Below the pieces are notes generated by a model. The model was not told the DNA's origin and made no database searches. It was given only the letters and a program-made list of their open reading frames with translations. Positions 1 through 13,014 of a stretch of 64,000 nucleotides of DNA are shown piece by piece (position 1 is the first letter of the stretch; every line of letters starts with the position of its first letter). Both the position numbers and the translations under genes were made by a program. The stretch comes from Euglena gracilis (lineage: Eukaryota). The DNA is taken from contig CP154954.1 in the NCBI GenBank assembly GCA_039621445.1, positions 6,459,425 to 6,523,424 of the forward strand, read 5' to 3'.

Positions 1-419
1 CTTGGACAGCGGGATCTGACCACCCCAAACCGCTTTATTTTTGAACTCAGGGGTCAGCACCCCCCAGGCGGCACCTCCACCTCACCAGGCCTTCCTGTGC
101 CCTCCCCTCAGGGTGGGAGTTAAGGGGAGGGACAGGTTTCGTTGAAAGCGGACATTGACCCCCCCCCCCATGACGCCAGGCAGCGTTGCTGCGCATGGAG
201 TGGGTTCCGGGGGGGGGGTGTCGACCCCCATCTTTTCCATATTGCCGGGGGCGCCGATTTTTACGTTGAGTGTTTCTTTCGGCGCCAAAGGAACGTCACT
301 TTGGGGTGCTGTGGTGGGGGGGTCGACCCCCCCCCAGGCCTTCCTGTACAGCCCTGGCACGGCCTCTCGGCGTCGTCAACAGCGGGGTGCCCTTTGCGCC
401 ATCTCTCCCCCTCCCGCAG

Positions 420-2665
420 AGTGGTGCCCCGACCAGCCGTGGACCATCAACGTGTTCTCCTACTCGGACATCGGGGCCCCCGCCACCCCGTACCGCTCCG
501 ACTTCGAGGGCAGCGCTGTGGCCCTCGGCAACGTGTACTACCCCCAGGGCGGCCCACACTGGGTGTCTTTTGAGCGTATTTTATGTCAATTCTAAAAAAA
601 ATCCGAATCCATATCATTTATGTTTTTTTTAAAAAAAAGTTCTTCCCCCCCCCAGCTTGTTGTTGTTGTTGTTGTTGTTGCCTCCCGGCTCTAAACAATT
701 CATGGCAACAGTCAGAATGTGCGGATGAGGAATTTTTTCTGCAGCAGAGGATATGGGAAGCATCTGTCTGGCTGAAACGCATTTCAACGCACTCCTGGTT
801 CAGCCGTCCAAGTGCGCAGTGCCCAAAGGGTGGGGCCATTTTGGCCCAACAGGTCGGGGAGCCAATTGGGAGGGGGTTGATACCAACTAGTCCCCATTCA
901 ATCCTTGCGCTCTCATGCGCATGTGGTTTGAATTCAGTTTGAATTCAGTGTTATCGCCTGCTGCCTCGCTGCCCGGAGCCGCCCTGCCCCCGAGGCGTTC
1001 TCCCTGAACGTCAACAAGTCCGGGCAGGAGCCGTACCCGGTGGCCGTGGCGCAGTACGCCGGGGGCAACCTCACCATGAACGGCGGCATGGTCGGCTTCG
1101 GAGGTGTGCCCCGGCTGGCGCATGGGTGCCTGTAACTCTAACCACCCCCCTCACCTGAATAGTACCCCAGATAAAAACCCTGTGTGGGAGGGTCTCGGTT
1201 TGCCGCTTTTGGAGGATTATTTGCTTGCCCATTTCAAGCTGCAGGGGACTGAAGGATTTGCTTGCCCATTTCAAGCTGCAGGGGACTTCCACGGTCAGGC
1301 CGGGGGACGGTCAGCCATTTTCCAGCCAGCCCAAAGTTGCCAGCCGGCGTGAGTTGTTTTTTCGGGGGCGACGCCTTGGCAGTGCCACCGTGGGTGGCCA
1401 ATTCTCACCCCACCAGGATTTCTGGTGTGCCCTGCCCCCTCCCTGCCCTGCCCCCCCCCCCAGAGTGGGGCCGATTCGGCCTGGCATGGACCCCCCCCCC
1501 TACTCTTAGACGTGGAGGCGGGCGGCAACGTCGTGCTGGACGGCGGGGCGTACATCAGTGGCAACGTCCGGGCGGGCGGCGACGTCACGGCGCGCGGCCG
1601 CAGCCCCGGCAGTATTGCCGGGCAGCTGACGCTGACGGCCAGCGCCGGACCAACGTCCTGTCCATCCGATTGGGACGACCCTCCCCCCTTTCTGCGCTGA
1701 CCCCCTGTGCTGATCAGAAAATGCCCCTGGGGGGATGTGGCTCACCATTGCTTGACGTGTGTCCGACCCCCCCCCCCCCGGGTGGCTTAATTGTTTTTTC
1801 GGAGGGTCCGACCAGGCACCTATGCCGACCGCAGCCGACCGCAGCCGACCGCGGCCGACCGCGGGTTTCAGGACTGTCATAGGTGGGGTGCCGACCGCAG
1901 CCGACCGCAGCCGACCGCGGCCGACCGCGGGTTTCAGGACTGTCATAGGTGGGGTGCCGACCGCAGCCGACCGCAGCCGACCGCAGCCGACCGCGCAACT
2001 TTTTTTCTAATTGATGTCAATTTTTCAGTGAGAATGAGGAATTAGGCTCATTTTTATCCCAGATGTTGAGATTTTTCTGGCTCATCTGGCTCATGTTGTC
2101 ACTTTTGGCCACTTTTGGCCATTTTTGGTCGCTTTTGTCCCCTTTTGGCCCATTTGTCACCATAATTCACCCATTTTGACCTATTTTGACATTTTTTGGC
2201 CACTTTTTGTCCACTTCTTGTAATTTTGGGCCATTTGTCCTGCTCTTTGGCCATTTTGGGCCATTTTGGGCCATTTTTGACCATTTAAAGCCATTTTCGA
2301 CCTTTTCTTTTGCTATTTTTGCCCATTTTTTGGTCTCTTTTTGGTCCAATTTGACGATTTTGAGCATTTTGCGCCAGTTTGTTGCCAAAAGTGAACAAAA
2401 GCTGCTAAAATGACCCAAATTGGCCAAAAGCAGGGTCATTTTGGGCCATTTTTGGCTTTTTTGGACCACTTTGGGCATTTTTTTTTTTCACATATGGCAT
2501 AAAGTCAGGCCCCCTTACCCAGGTAAGGGGTGGGTAAGGGGTGGGTAAGGGGTGGGTAAGGCGTGGGTAAGGCGTGGGTAAGGCGTGGGTAAGGGGTGGG
2601 TAAGGGGTGGGTAAGGGGTGGGTAAGGGGTGGGTAAGGGGTGGGTAAGGGGGGGGTAAGGGGGGG

Positions 2666-2701
<36 letters not shown>

Positions 2702-4488
2702 GGGGGGGGGGAGGGGGGGGGTTGGGGGGGTGAGAATGAAGTGTATGGGGATGTTGTTTATTATGTTTGTTGACAAAATCCGCTCTTTGCCCTCAAAATC
2801 TGCCAAAGACGAGGATGAGGTTTATTTTTTGCCGGGGGGGGTCCGGGGGGGGGGCGGGAGCCCCCCCCCCGGGCCGCGCAGCAGTTCAATGGGTCCCGCT
2901 ACTTGCCATCAAAATGGGGCAGAGACGAACATGAGGTTTATTTTTTTGCCGGGGGCGGGTCCGGGGGGGGGGGGGGCAGGAGCCCCCCCCCGGGCAATGG
3001 AGCAGTTCAATGGGTCCCGCTACTTGCCATCAAAATGATGCATCCGAAAATTTTTTTGTCCCACATGACTTGGGGTAAGGGGTGGGTAAGGGGTGGGTAA
3101 GGGGTGGGTAAGGGGGGGGGGTAAGGGGTGGGTAAGGGGGGGGGTAAGGGGTGGGTAAGGGGTGGGTAAGGGGTGGGTAAGGGGTGGGTAAGGGGTGGGT
3201 AAGGGGTGGGTAAGGGGTGGGTAAGGGGTAAGGGGGTGGTAAGGGGGCTTCACTTTGTGCCATGACTCTTTTTTTTTGTTATTTTTGTCTGCTTTTGGAA
3301 CTTTTGGCCATTTTAACCATTTTTTGTCACTTTTAGGCCATTTTTAGGTCACGTTTGACTGCTCTTCGTGTCAAAAGCAACAAAAAGACGTTTAAAGCGG
3401 CCTGAAAGTGGCCAGAAGTGGGTAAAAATGGCCAACAGCAGAGAAAAGTGGTCAAAAGTGGGTTAAAGAGGCCAAAAGTGGTCAAAAGAGGTCAAAGCAA
3501 AGCAAAAGCTGGCCAAAAGAAGCCAAAGCCCAGCAAAAAGTGGGCAAAAGCAACAAAAGTGACCAAAAGAAAGCAAAAGGCAGGAAATAATGGGCAAAGG
3601 CAGCAAAAATTGACCAAAAGTTGGCAACAGTGGCCAAAAGCAGTCCAAAACATCAAAAACTGGCCAAAAGCAGCGAAAAGTGGCCAAAAGTCGGCAACAG
3701 TGGATTGTGTGATTGTGATATATGCTCATTTTTTGTTGGCCTGCCCCCCACCTATAGCCAACTACTTTGTCGACCGCTGCCGACCGCTGCCGACCGCAGC
3801 CGATCGCGGCCGATCGCGGCCGACCGCAGCCGACCGCGGGCTAAAATTTGGAATCTGTCATAGGCTTGGGTCCGACTGTTTGACTGATTGACTGGTTGAC
3901 TGGTTTTTGGCTCCAGACCCAGAGACCCATTTTTCAAACAACTGTCCCCCACTTCCGACCTCTTCTTGGGAGGGAGGGCATTTTTGCCATTTTTGCCAAA
4001 AAATAGCTCAAGACCAATGGATTTTGGCCAAATAAACCCAAATAAAAGTCACAAATTGAGCATTTTCAAAGGTGGGTTTATTTTCAAACACAAATGAGGG
4101 GTTTTCCAACAATGTGGGCCTGGTCTCCAGCCCTTTGACCCCCCACAGAAACCGAAGAATTTCCTCCCCTTGCCATCTTCTAGGAAGGACCCTCCAGGTT
4201 GCCAGGGCTTCCCATATTTCTCGGCCCTTCGCCACCCCGGCGCTGAGGGCGGGGACGCACAACCCGGTGGTGGCGGTGGCCAAGGGTACCACCGTGGCCC
4301 CGTTCCAGTTCTCCCTCCCGCCGAGCCCCCTCCTCGTTCCTGTTTTGTTGTCAGAATGTGTGTGTGTGTGTGTGTGTGTGGTCCTTGGACAGGGGGAGGC
4401 ACACACATACACACATGCACGCATACACACACGCACATATAAACACATTCACACGTACATAACACATACACATACACCCACATATGCA

Positions 4489-4520
<32 letters not shown>

Positions 4521-4528
4521 CACACACG

Positions 4529-4611
<83 letters not shown>

Positions 4612-4612
4612 G

Positions 4613-4658
<46 letters not shown>

Positions 4659-6396
4659 GCCCTTGATGTGCAGCTTTAGCTTGAGCGCAAATCCCCCCCG
4701 GGGCTCTGGGGGTGGCTCTGCCCGCTGGACACACTGGCGCAGTATTACACACACCTCTCCGCCACGCTGGCCCAGCTGCCGAGCACGCTGCCGACCAGCA
4801 GCCGTGACGGCCGGGGCCATGCCGGAATGCCAGATACCCCTACCCCCCAATTTAATGGTGGGGCCTCCAGACTTCTTTTTAAACCGAAGGTGGGTTTTTG
4901 GAGGTGGGCCCAGGCTTCTTTTCAAGACCCCGGAGGGAGCCTCCCCCAGCCACCCAGCCTGGTGCGAGACCCCCCCAAATCGGGTTGCATTACCCGAAAA
5001 AATTTCCCCCGATAGCCACACCCAGGCGTCTGTCCCATGCAATTATTCAGTCACTGCCCCCCCCGGGGGGGGGTGTGACTGGTTTTTGGCCTCCTCCCCC
5101 AGAGGGACGCCGGAAAAAAATTCACGTTTATGGTCAAGTTTCACTTGGATTGGTCGACCCCCGGGGGGGGGGGGAATTTCCGGGGGGAAAAATTGGCTGG
5201 TTTTTGGCTCCCTTCCAGCTCCCGGGGGGGGGGGGGGGGTTGGTAAAATAATTGAACGCTCCAGCCCCGGACCCAGGGTTTGATATAAGGAGGGTGTACA
5301 TGGTTTAGGTGGGGAGGGTGTCCCCCCCCTCCTGGCCCGCAGGGGGGGGGGGGCCGGACCCCCCCACCCTGGGGGGGTCCCCGGGACCCCCCCCCAAAAA
5401 GGGACAATTTTTTCCTCCGGCGCTTTGCGCCGAAATTTTTTTTTGCATTTTTGGCAAATTTTTGCCCAAAAAGTGCCCCAAATGGCACTTTTGGTCGTTT
5501 TGGGGGGTCAAAAAATTTCGGTCACCCAGACCACGCCACTGTTTAGGTGGGGGGTGTCCCCCCCCACCCCCCCCCCCTCCTTGCCCGCAGGGGGGGGTGC
5601 AGGCCCACCCCCCCCCCCACCTATCCTTATATCAAACCCTGCCCGGACCCCCCCCCCAGGCCGTCCGGCACAGCCCCGGCACTGGGGGCCAGCTGGTGAT
5701 CAACGCCGAGGGGGCAACAGGCCTGGCCGCCGTGGGTGGGCGGCCCCCTGCTGGGGCTGGGGGGGCAACAACGTTTAAAAGAACAGACAGAGCATGAAGC
5801 TGTATAAAGCTACGTATAATACACACACACACACACACACACACACCCCACATGGATCCTTTGCATTTCTCCCTCCTCCCCAAAGGGAAACCCTGACCAC
5901 TCACCATCACCATTCAGCTGCGTGTCCAAGGGCACCATCTCAAAATACGGGCAGGCTGCCCCCCCCCAACCTCAGGGGGTGGGGGTGTCCTCGCCTCGAA
6001 GTCCTGGGGCGCCCTCCCACGCAGCCCCCCCCGTGCTTTTTGCATTCTTTTGAGCTTCCTCGCATTTTTTTGGTTCTGTTGGGAAATGGCTTCCACTCAG
6101 AAGAATTTGATGTTTTGGTCCAAATTTTCATTTTGATTTCTTTGGCCCATCTTCAGCCGGAATGTTCCTAAAGTTATCAATAGTTTTTTTTTTTGCATTT
6201 TTGACACGCAGAAAATGCATCAAATCTTTGCAGACTGGTAATTTTTCAAAAACATTGCATTTCAAGCATTTTTTTTCTGTGTTGTGTGTGTGTGTGTGTT
6301 GTGTGGGTGTGTATGTGTGCATTGTGTGTGTGTGTGTGTGTGTGTTGTGTGTTGTGTGTGTGTGTTGTGTGTGTTGTGTGTTGTGTGTGTGTGTGT

Positions 6397-6457
<61 letters not shown>

Positions 6458-6469
6458 TGTGTGTGTGTG

Positions 6470-6535
<66 letters not shown>

Positions 6536-9468
6536 GTGTGTGTGTGTGTGTGTGTGTGTGTTGTGTGGTGTGTGTGCTCATATTTCCATACACCGCTGCG
6601 GACTGGGCAGGAGGACGGCCAGGGGCGACCCTCCCCGCAGACCAGTTCAAGTCCATCTGGAGCATCGTCCTCCAGGGCCCCCCCACCGCGGAGGTCGTCA
6701 TCAACGTCCCGGACAGCGACGTGTCCATCCGCCCGGCCCCCGGGCCACCAGGTGGCATGCGTTGAAGTGCACGGGGTGCTCACATTATTGGACGGTTGTT
6801 TCGGACCCTCAGGGGTGTTAGGGGTGTGACACTTGTTGGGCACACCCGAAAGCAATTCAGTGAATTTTGTTTTTGGGTGGTGCACCCTTTTTTTGGATTT
6901 CATTTTCAGACCCTCGGAAGGTGTGACACGTATTTGGTCCCTCCGCACCATTTGGGCACCGCGCACTGAAATGGGGGGGGGTTGCATCCATCCCCCAGGG
7001 TGGGTAGTGTTCTGCACAGCAAGTCACAAGTGTCACGCATCTCCCCCCTTTCCTTGAGAATGCGGGCGGGGTCCACTCTGGCCACAACCCCTTGTTGGGC
7101 AGTTTTTTTTTCGACTCAACTCCCTTTAAAGACCCGTTTGAGAAACTTTGCAGCAAACACCCATTGTTTTCGGAAAGATGAAAAGATGCGAAGCATTGGG
7201 TCGTTTGCAGCTCCCAATGTCCAAACCCCTGATGTTGTGAAGCATATGGGACAGTGAGATTGTTCCCTGAAAATATATCCAAAGATCATTTTTTGAAACA
7301 AAAACGAGCAAATTCTTGGGGATAGCGGGAGAGAATTGTCCGCATCAATGGAACCAAAATTGAACCAAACCAATGGAAAAAATGCAACCAAACCAAAAGG
7401 TGCTCATTTTTTGATTTATGAAATTGGGGAATCTTTCTGTGGGGCGGCTGCCCCCTCCCCCCAAACCAACTGTTTGGGATTTTTTTGGACCACAAGATGA
7501 TGTGCAGGCATAATGTATCCCAGTGTGGGTCGACCCCCCCGGTCGACCCCCCCCCCCCCCCCGGGGGGTCGTGCATGGATGGGTTTTTGGAAAAAGCGGG
7601 CGGGTGGGATTGGACCCCAGAAAAAGCACCTCCTGGGGTGGGAATCGCCAGTGAATTTTTTTGTAATTTATTTATCCTTGTAGTTTATTTATTTGTAATT
7701 TTTGTAATTATTTTATTTAATTTATTTAATTTATTTTGCAATTTAGTGCTAGTGAATTTATGAGCAGAAGCACCCACCTTCACGCTGCCGGGGGGGGGGG
7801 TCCGGGGGCCGCCCCCAGTCCCTCATCTGGACATACAGTAGCGGTGCAGACCAGGCCCGCGCGGTGCTGAACCTGTACAACGCACGGACCGTCCGGCTGG
7901 AGGGCGGCACCCATGAGGTGTGTGTCCCCCGCGGAACAGAAAGACCTCCCCGGATGACTTTGTCCCCCCCCCGGCTGCACGGGAATCCCCGAGACCATGG
8001 GTGGTGGGGAGGGGCGGAGTACCGGGGAGGTGATTCACAGGACGGGATTAATTCCGGAGCGGCGCAAGTCCCCCCTGCCAGAGTGGCCATTTTGGGGTCC
8101 CACGGTTCCTGGAGGGTGGCCACTTTGAGGGGGGGGTGAGGGTATTTTGATAGGCAAATTCCTAATTAATGAAAATACTCCAAATTTTGAGGGGCAACTG
8201 CCCAAATTTGGGTGGCGAATGCCTAATTTTGGGTGTGAAATCCTATTTTCGGGTTGAAAATGCCCAATTTTGGGTGGCATGAGTGGCAAAGGCTTATTTC
8301 GGGGTGAAAATTGCTTGATTTTTTTAATTGGTCTAAAGAAACCAAAATTGGGGCCCCGAGGTATTGGTGATGGACTTTTTGGTGGTCGCTATCAACCATT
8401 TTCTAGCGACTAGTCGCTGGCGACCATTGGTGGTCGGAGCGACTAGGCGCTCCGACCACGAGCTGGAATAAAACCACCAGGGAAAAACCGAAAAACCGAC
8501 CGCCGATGGAACCATTTTTCTTTGGCTGCAGTGGGGGAATGGATGCTCTACCGCCGCGCGCATTCAGTGAGGTGCCCTGCCCCCCCCCCCTCTCACGTGA
8601 AAGTTTTCCCCCCGGAAATTACCCAAAAAACAAGAAAAAATCAAACACAAAACAGAAAAAGGCACCATTTTTTGTTTTTAAAAAACACCAAAAAATGAAA
8701 AAAGCGTGAATTTTTTAAAAAAAGGGGAAATTTTTTAAAGAAAAGTTCAAAAGTGTAAACAAAATTTGCAAAAAAGGCAAAAAAAAGTTTGAAAAAAATG
8801 AAGAAAAAAAAACGCAAAAACGTGCAGAAGACGCAGAGGTGCAGGTCATCTCCCCCATGACACACAGGGTTTCTTTGCCAACAACCCCACCAGCACCCCT
8901 CACCAGAATTAAGTCCTCTTCAACAGATAATTAGAGGGAAGACATGACCAATGACAAAGAGCAAACACACCAGTCAGCAGAGGGGGTGTCTGGGGTTGCG
9001 GAGGGGGAGCCCAGCTTCGCAGCGACCTTCCAGTCGTGCACCGTTGACTTGGGTGGGCATGTATTCATTCACCATTCGGGTGCATCAGCTGCAACCCCTG
9101 ATGGCCAACTTCTTCATATTCTTGGGCCAGCTTCTCTTTCGTCTCACTGGAGACCGAACTGACTCTGGCAATTTTTTTTTGCAACGCTCCCGGGGTCTTC
9201 TCCAGAGCGGTGGCCAGGGCTGCCTCCAGTTCATCCATTTCCTGTGGACATAAAAATGGGAAAATTAAGATCATTTTTGGAATCGCGAGACTCCGTGGTA
9301 TTAATCATTAGACAGCAATTCCGCACAGGTTTAAGCCCATCGGATTTTGCCATCCGCTGATAATGTCGTCCGGTAAATCACCTCCCCCGGTAGTACGTAT
9401 ATTTTTTGCAGCTATTATCATTGTTTCATATTGTTTTTATTATTATTTTATTATGTATTATTATATTA

Positions 9469-9566
<98 letters not shown>

Positions 9567-10392
9567 TTGAGAGAGAAATTCTTGTTCGCAGTTTTTGTGT
9601 GCGGGGCTTGCCGCCCCCCCCCCCCCCCGCAGGGCACAGTGCTGGCGCCGCAGGCAGGGTTGAAGTTCCCGCAGGGGCTGGTGGTAGGCACGGTGGTGGT
9701 GAAGGCGCTGCTGGGCGGCGGGCAGGTCAACTTCCCCCGCCGCCGCAACGCCATCCGCTGCGTGAAGGGCGGCGCCCCCGCGAAAGCGCTGTCCCTCCTG
9801 GCAGACCCCCGGCGGCCCGGGGCCCCGTGCGTGGTCCGGCACACTGGCATGGGAGTGAATGCACACACACGAGCGCGCGCGCACTCATGCATGCACATGC
9901 ACACACACACATGCGCACGCACACACGCACGCCATGACAAACTCACCTCCCCAGGCCAGTGTGTGGCAAATATTTAACCCCGCAAGTTGTTTGCGTGTAC
10001 ATTGGGGGCGTGCATTGTGTTGATATATGTTTGTGGCTCTCGCTGTCTGTGTGTGCGTGTGCGTGTGCCTGTGTGTGTGTGTCTGTCTGTCTGTGTCTGT
10101 ATGTCTCTCTGTGTGTGCGTGCATGCGTGTTTTGCGTGTTTTGTGTTTGTGTGTGTGGGTGGGTGGGTGGGTGGGTGGGTGGGTGGGTGTGCGCGCGCGT
10201 GTTGTGTGTGTTGTGTGTGTGTGTGTGTGCGTGTGTGTGTTGTGTGTGTGTGTGTTTTGCTTGTTTTGTTTTTTTTGTGTGTTGTGTGTGTGTGTGTGTG
10301 TGCGTGTGTGTGTGTGTGTGTGCGTGTTTTGCGTGTTGTGTGTATGCGTGCATGTGTGTGCGTGCATGTGTGTGCGTGTGTGTGTGTGTGTG

Positions 10393-10423
<31 letters not shown>

Positions 10424-10638
10424 GTATGACGAGTCACGCAGCGCTGTGGGGGCACAGGGCCCCGCCGCCAGCGTACCACCCCGAGAGCCTGGGGGCCCCC
10501 TCGCCACAGCCCCGCCGCCTGTGGGCCCGCCACAGCCTCTGGCTGGCGCTACTGCTCGCCGGCTGCGCCACGCTGGCGCTGCGCCACCGCCGCCGCCGCC
10601 CCCGCCCCGCCGACCTTGTGCTCGAGGTCCTCCTCTAG
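420..10638 (+). CDS. Host gene (5'-partial): choice-of-anchor A / ice-binding-adhesin-like domain protein with C-terminal TM anchor. Exons 420-541, 992-1103, 1510-1636, 4251-4319, 4724-4808, 5684-5733, 6627-6730, 7817-7917, 9633-9814, 10470-10638
   Basis: The ten GC-rich exons splice into one open frame of ~370 aa ending TAG at 10636-10638. Motifs in order: INVFSYSD...SDFEGSAVALGN...YAGGNLT...LSATLAQLP...AEVVINV...VLNLYNA...GTVLAPQA...GTVVVK, matching my recollection of the choice-of-anchor A domain. The C-terminus LWLALLLAGCATLAL-RHRRRR is a TM helix plus basic stop-transfer. Introns 1104-1509 and 7918-9632 are GT-AG; the other seven are hairpin-ended. The first exon start rests on a CAG acceptor at 417-419. 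Confidence 0.8.
1823..1995. repeat. Tandem GCCGACCGCA 10-mer array with ~56-bp higher-order unit; related copy at ~3770-3880
   Basis: Repeated gccgaccgca units and a duplicated gcgggtttcaggactgtcataggtggggt block are directly visible. Confidence 0.8.
2494..3263. mobile_element. Non-autonomous TIR element with internal (GGTAAGGGGTG)n arrays
   Basis: Imperfect ~26-bp TIRs atggcataaagtcaggcccccttacc / ggtaagggggcttcactttgtgccat. G-rich 11-mer arrays at ~2522-2660 and ~3072-3245, and a ~120-bp internal tandem duplication at ~2815-3035. Confidence 0.65.
4357..4656. repeat. (GT)n/(CA)n microsatellite in intron 4
   Basis: Direct inspection. Confidence 0.95.
5274..5641. mobile_element. hAT-type MITE (TIR CAGGGTTTGATATAAGG), 8-bp TSD cccggacc
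   Basis: Perfect 17-bp TIRs; cccggacc at 5266-5273 and 5642-5649. Confidence 0.85.
6278..6576. repeat. Imperfect (GT)n microsatellite in intron 6
   Basis: Direct inspection. Confidence 0.95.
9440..9565. repeat. (TTA)n microsatellite in intron 8
   Basis: Direct inspection. Confidence 0.95.
10045..10417. repeat. Compound (GT)n/(GGGT)n microsatellite in intron 9
   Basis: Direct inspection. Confidence 0.9.
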
Positions 10639-11829
10639 GCGGCCCGCCCCCCAGGGCGGCCCGCTTCGCCGAATCGACACCGTCGCATCGCCCTGTGAAG
10701 GGCCGGATGGACTGGCATCCGGGTTCTGGTCCTCTGGCCTGGACACATGTATGTGCATTTGGGTATGGGTAGGCACACACGCACGTGCACACACCCTCAC
10801 ACCCACCCACCCACACCCACCCACACCCACACCCACACCTATACCCGCACACATGCACACACGCGCGCGCGCACGCATGCACGCGTATGCACGCATGCAA
10901 CACCTGCAGAACATGGACGATGGGCAAAACATAGCCACTGTGCCAGTCACGCATACATACGGGGTCCAGAAAAATAAGTGACGTTTTGGAGGTTGTGGGT
11001 AATTTTTGTGCATACTGGATACAATCTTCCTCGGTGTGTGGGTGGATGGGTGGGTGGTCCCTTTTCAGCCCTTGCCCCCCTCCCCCTTTATGCGGCCGAA
11101 GTCCCTCCCCATCGCCGCACCATTCCATCGGCTGCTCATTCTTCGCATCGATGTTGTCGCATGTGTCCCATGTCTCCAGTCCGACCTTTTCTGGTTTCAA
11201 TTGCTGAAGGGAAGGTGCAGCCCCCTTTGGAGGCTGGCTTTGGGAGTCCCCAATGGGGCCGTACTATGGAGACCTTTCCTGCTGGAAAGCCCCTGGCAGA
11301 CAATCATCGGTGTCATCGAAGCCACCCTCCCCCCCACGTGTCCAACGAACCAGGCTGGTTTGGACCGCAATTTTTGTCGGACCTCGCTTTTTTTTTTTTG
11401 CTTTTTGCTTTCTTTGGACACTGAGGGGTGATTTTGGTTTCATGTCCTCGGGCGTTTCGTTCCAGCATTCCAAAAAAAGAACAATTTCATTTGGTTTTTC
11501 TGAATTGCAGAGGATCCAAGTGTGCTGTCTCGTTTGGTTGCAGGCCCCCCGCCCTCAGTCAGGGGGCCGGGTCGGCCCGGCGCGCAGACCGTTACGCAAA
11601 CTGTGCTTCGGGCCCTGGCCGGCCGGCCCTGAATTTCCAGGAGGCGGGCGACGCCATTGCCTGCCCGGATTTCTTTCAACAACCCTCCCCCCCCCGTATT
11701 TCAGCTCGTTTTCCCACTCTCGTTCTGCTTGGTCGGTGATTATTGCCGGAACCCCACTCACCTGATGCCTTCCACGAATGATAAAATTGTGGTTGCCGTT
11801 TTGTCAGGCAGGCGGCGGCGTCATCTCCG

Positions 11830-12200
11830 ATCGTTCCCAACAGACAGCTCCTGAGACAAACAGTTTTGCTTCCCTGCCCCTCGTTGTATTTTCCTCTGTA
11901 TGTGGCAGGCTGCGGTCTTGAATGCATGGCATTCTGATTTCCAATCTTTTTTATTGCGCAGGCGCGAAGCGCCACGGGTTGCCGGTGCGATTGTTTTTCA
12001 GTGAATGTTCGCTGTTTGCTTTCGATCAAGTTTGTTTCAGTGGCGCGAGGGAGTCACGGTGAAAAAAACAGTGGGAATTGATCATGGATTTGACATCCAG
12101 AAAATGTTTGTGCTCTTTGGCAACGTTGTTGGATTTGTCACATCCGGCTTGCGGCGCATTTTCACGCGAAGCTGGATGCACCTGCGCACATCTGCACATG
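11830..12200 (-). pseudogene. Possible decayed hAT transposase fragment
   Basis: The minus frame contains INSHCFFHRDSLA, resembling the hAT CxxH motif (HCxxHRxxLA). The flanking frames are broken and I found no other clear motif. Confidence 0.3.
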
Positions 12201-13014
12201 CTGCGCGCGGTCTCTTGCGTCACGTGTGACATGGATGGAGCGGGTCGGGTAAGGGTCATCAGGGTTCGGGTGGATGGAGCGGGTCGTGCGCGGCAGACCA
12301 CCGCGAGGGCGCAGCCTGGCGGGGGTCGCTGCGCCTCTGGTGCAGATGAGTCATTCGCTCCCGGCATGGCTGCAGGGGCGATGTGCCTGCCGCGTCGCAT
12401 CGTACGCCCTCCCCTTCGCGCACTTGCGGGAACCGCCAGCTCTCCTCCGGCGATTTGTTTGCGTTCCAAGTTCCGCGGCCGTCCAGCGTCCCAGCGATGG
12501 TTGTTCAGAAACATTGGCCACTGGAACGGGTCGAATTTTTCCCCAAAATTTTTTGAGAGGCCAACATTTTGAAGGGGGCATCCTTCCAGGGGTTTTTTTG
12601 GTGGGTTTTTTCCCGGAGGGGAGGGTGGGGGGTGGGTGGGTCCGGCCAAGCCCCCAATGCCAGGTGTTCCTGCCCGTATTGGGACGGGCTCCTTCCTCCT
12701 TCTGGTCTTTTTGACCACTGTGGTCCACAGTCCGTGGCCGTCCCTGGGTGGGGCTTTTTGTTGAAAAAAATTTGATGCAGAGATATGGGGGGCAGTGGCG
12801 GCCACGGTTCGCCGTTTCCTCCGCACGGTTCGCCCGCTGCTGCGGCGACTGCACCCCCCCTGGGGGGGGGGGTCCGGCCAAGCCCCACCCCCCACCGGGG
12901 GGTCTCCTCGGAGGGGGGTGGGATGTACTTGTCGCAATTTCGGCCATTTTTGGGGGTCCCCGGGACCCCCGCCCCCCCAAGGGGTGGGGGATGGGGGCAA
13001 CCCCAACCCACCAC

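Noticed and set aside
2522-3245. True telomere
   Set aside because: The 11-mer unit is internal, lies within an intron and is bounded by TIRs.
4008-11200. Long ORFs of HT/CV/poly-L/poly-N repeats in the ORF track
   Set aside because: They are translations of microsatellites and G/C runs, not genes.
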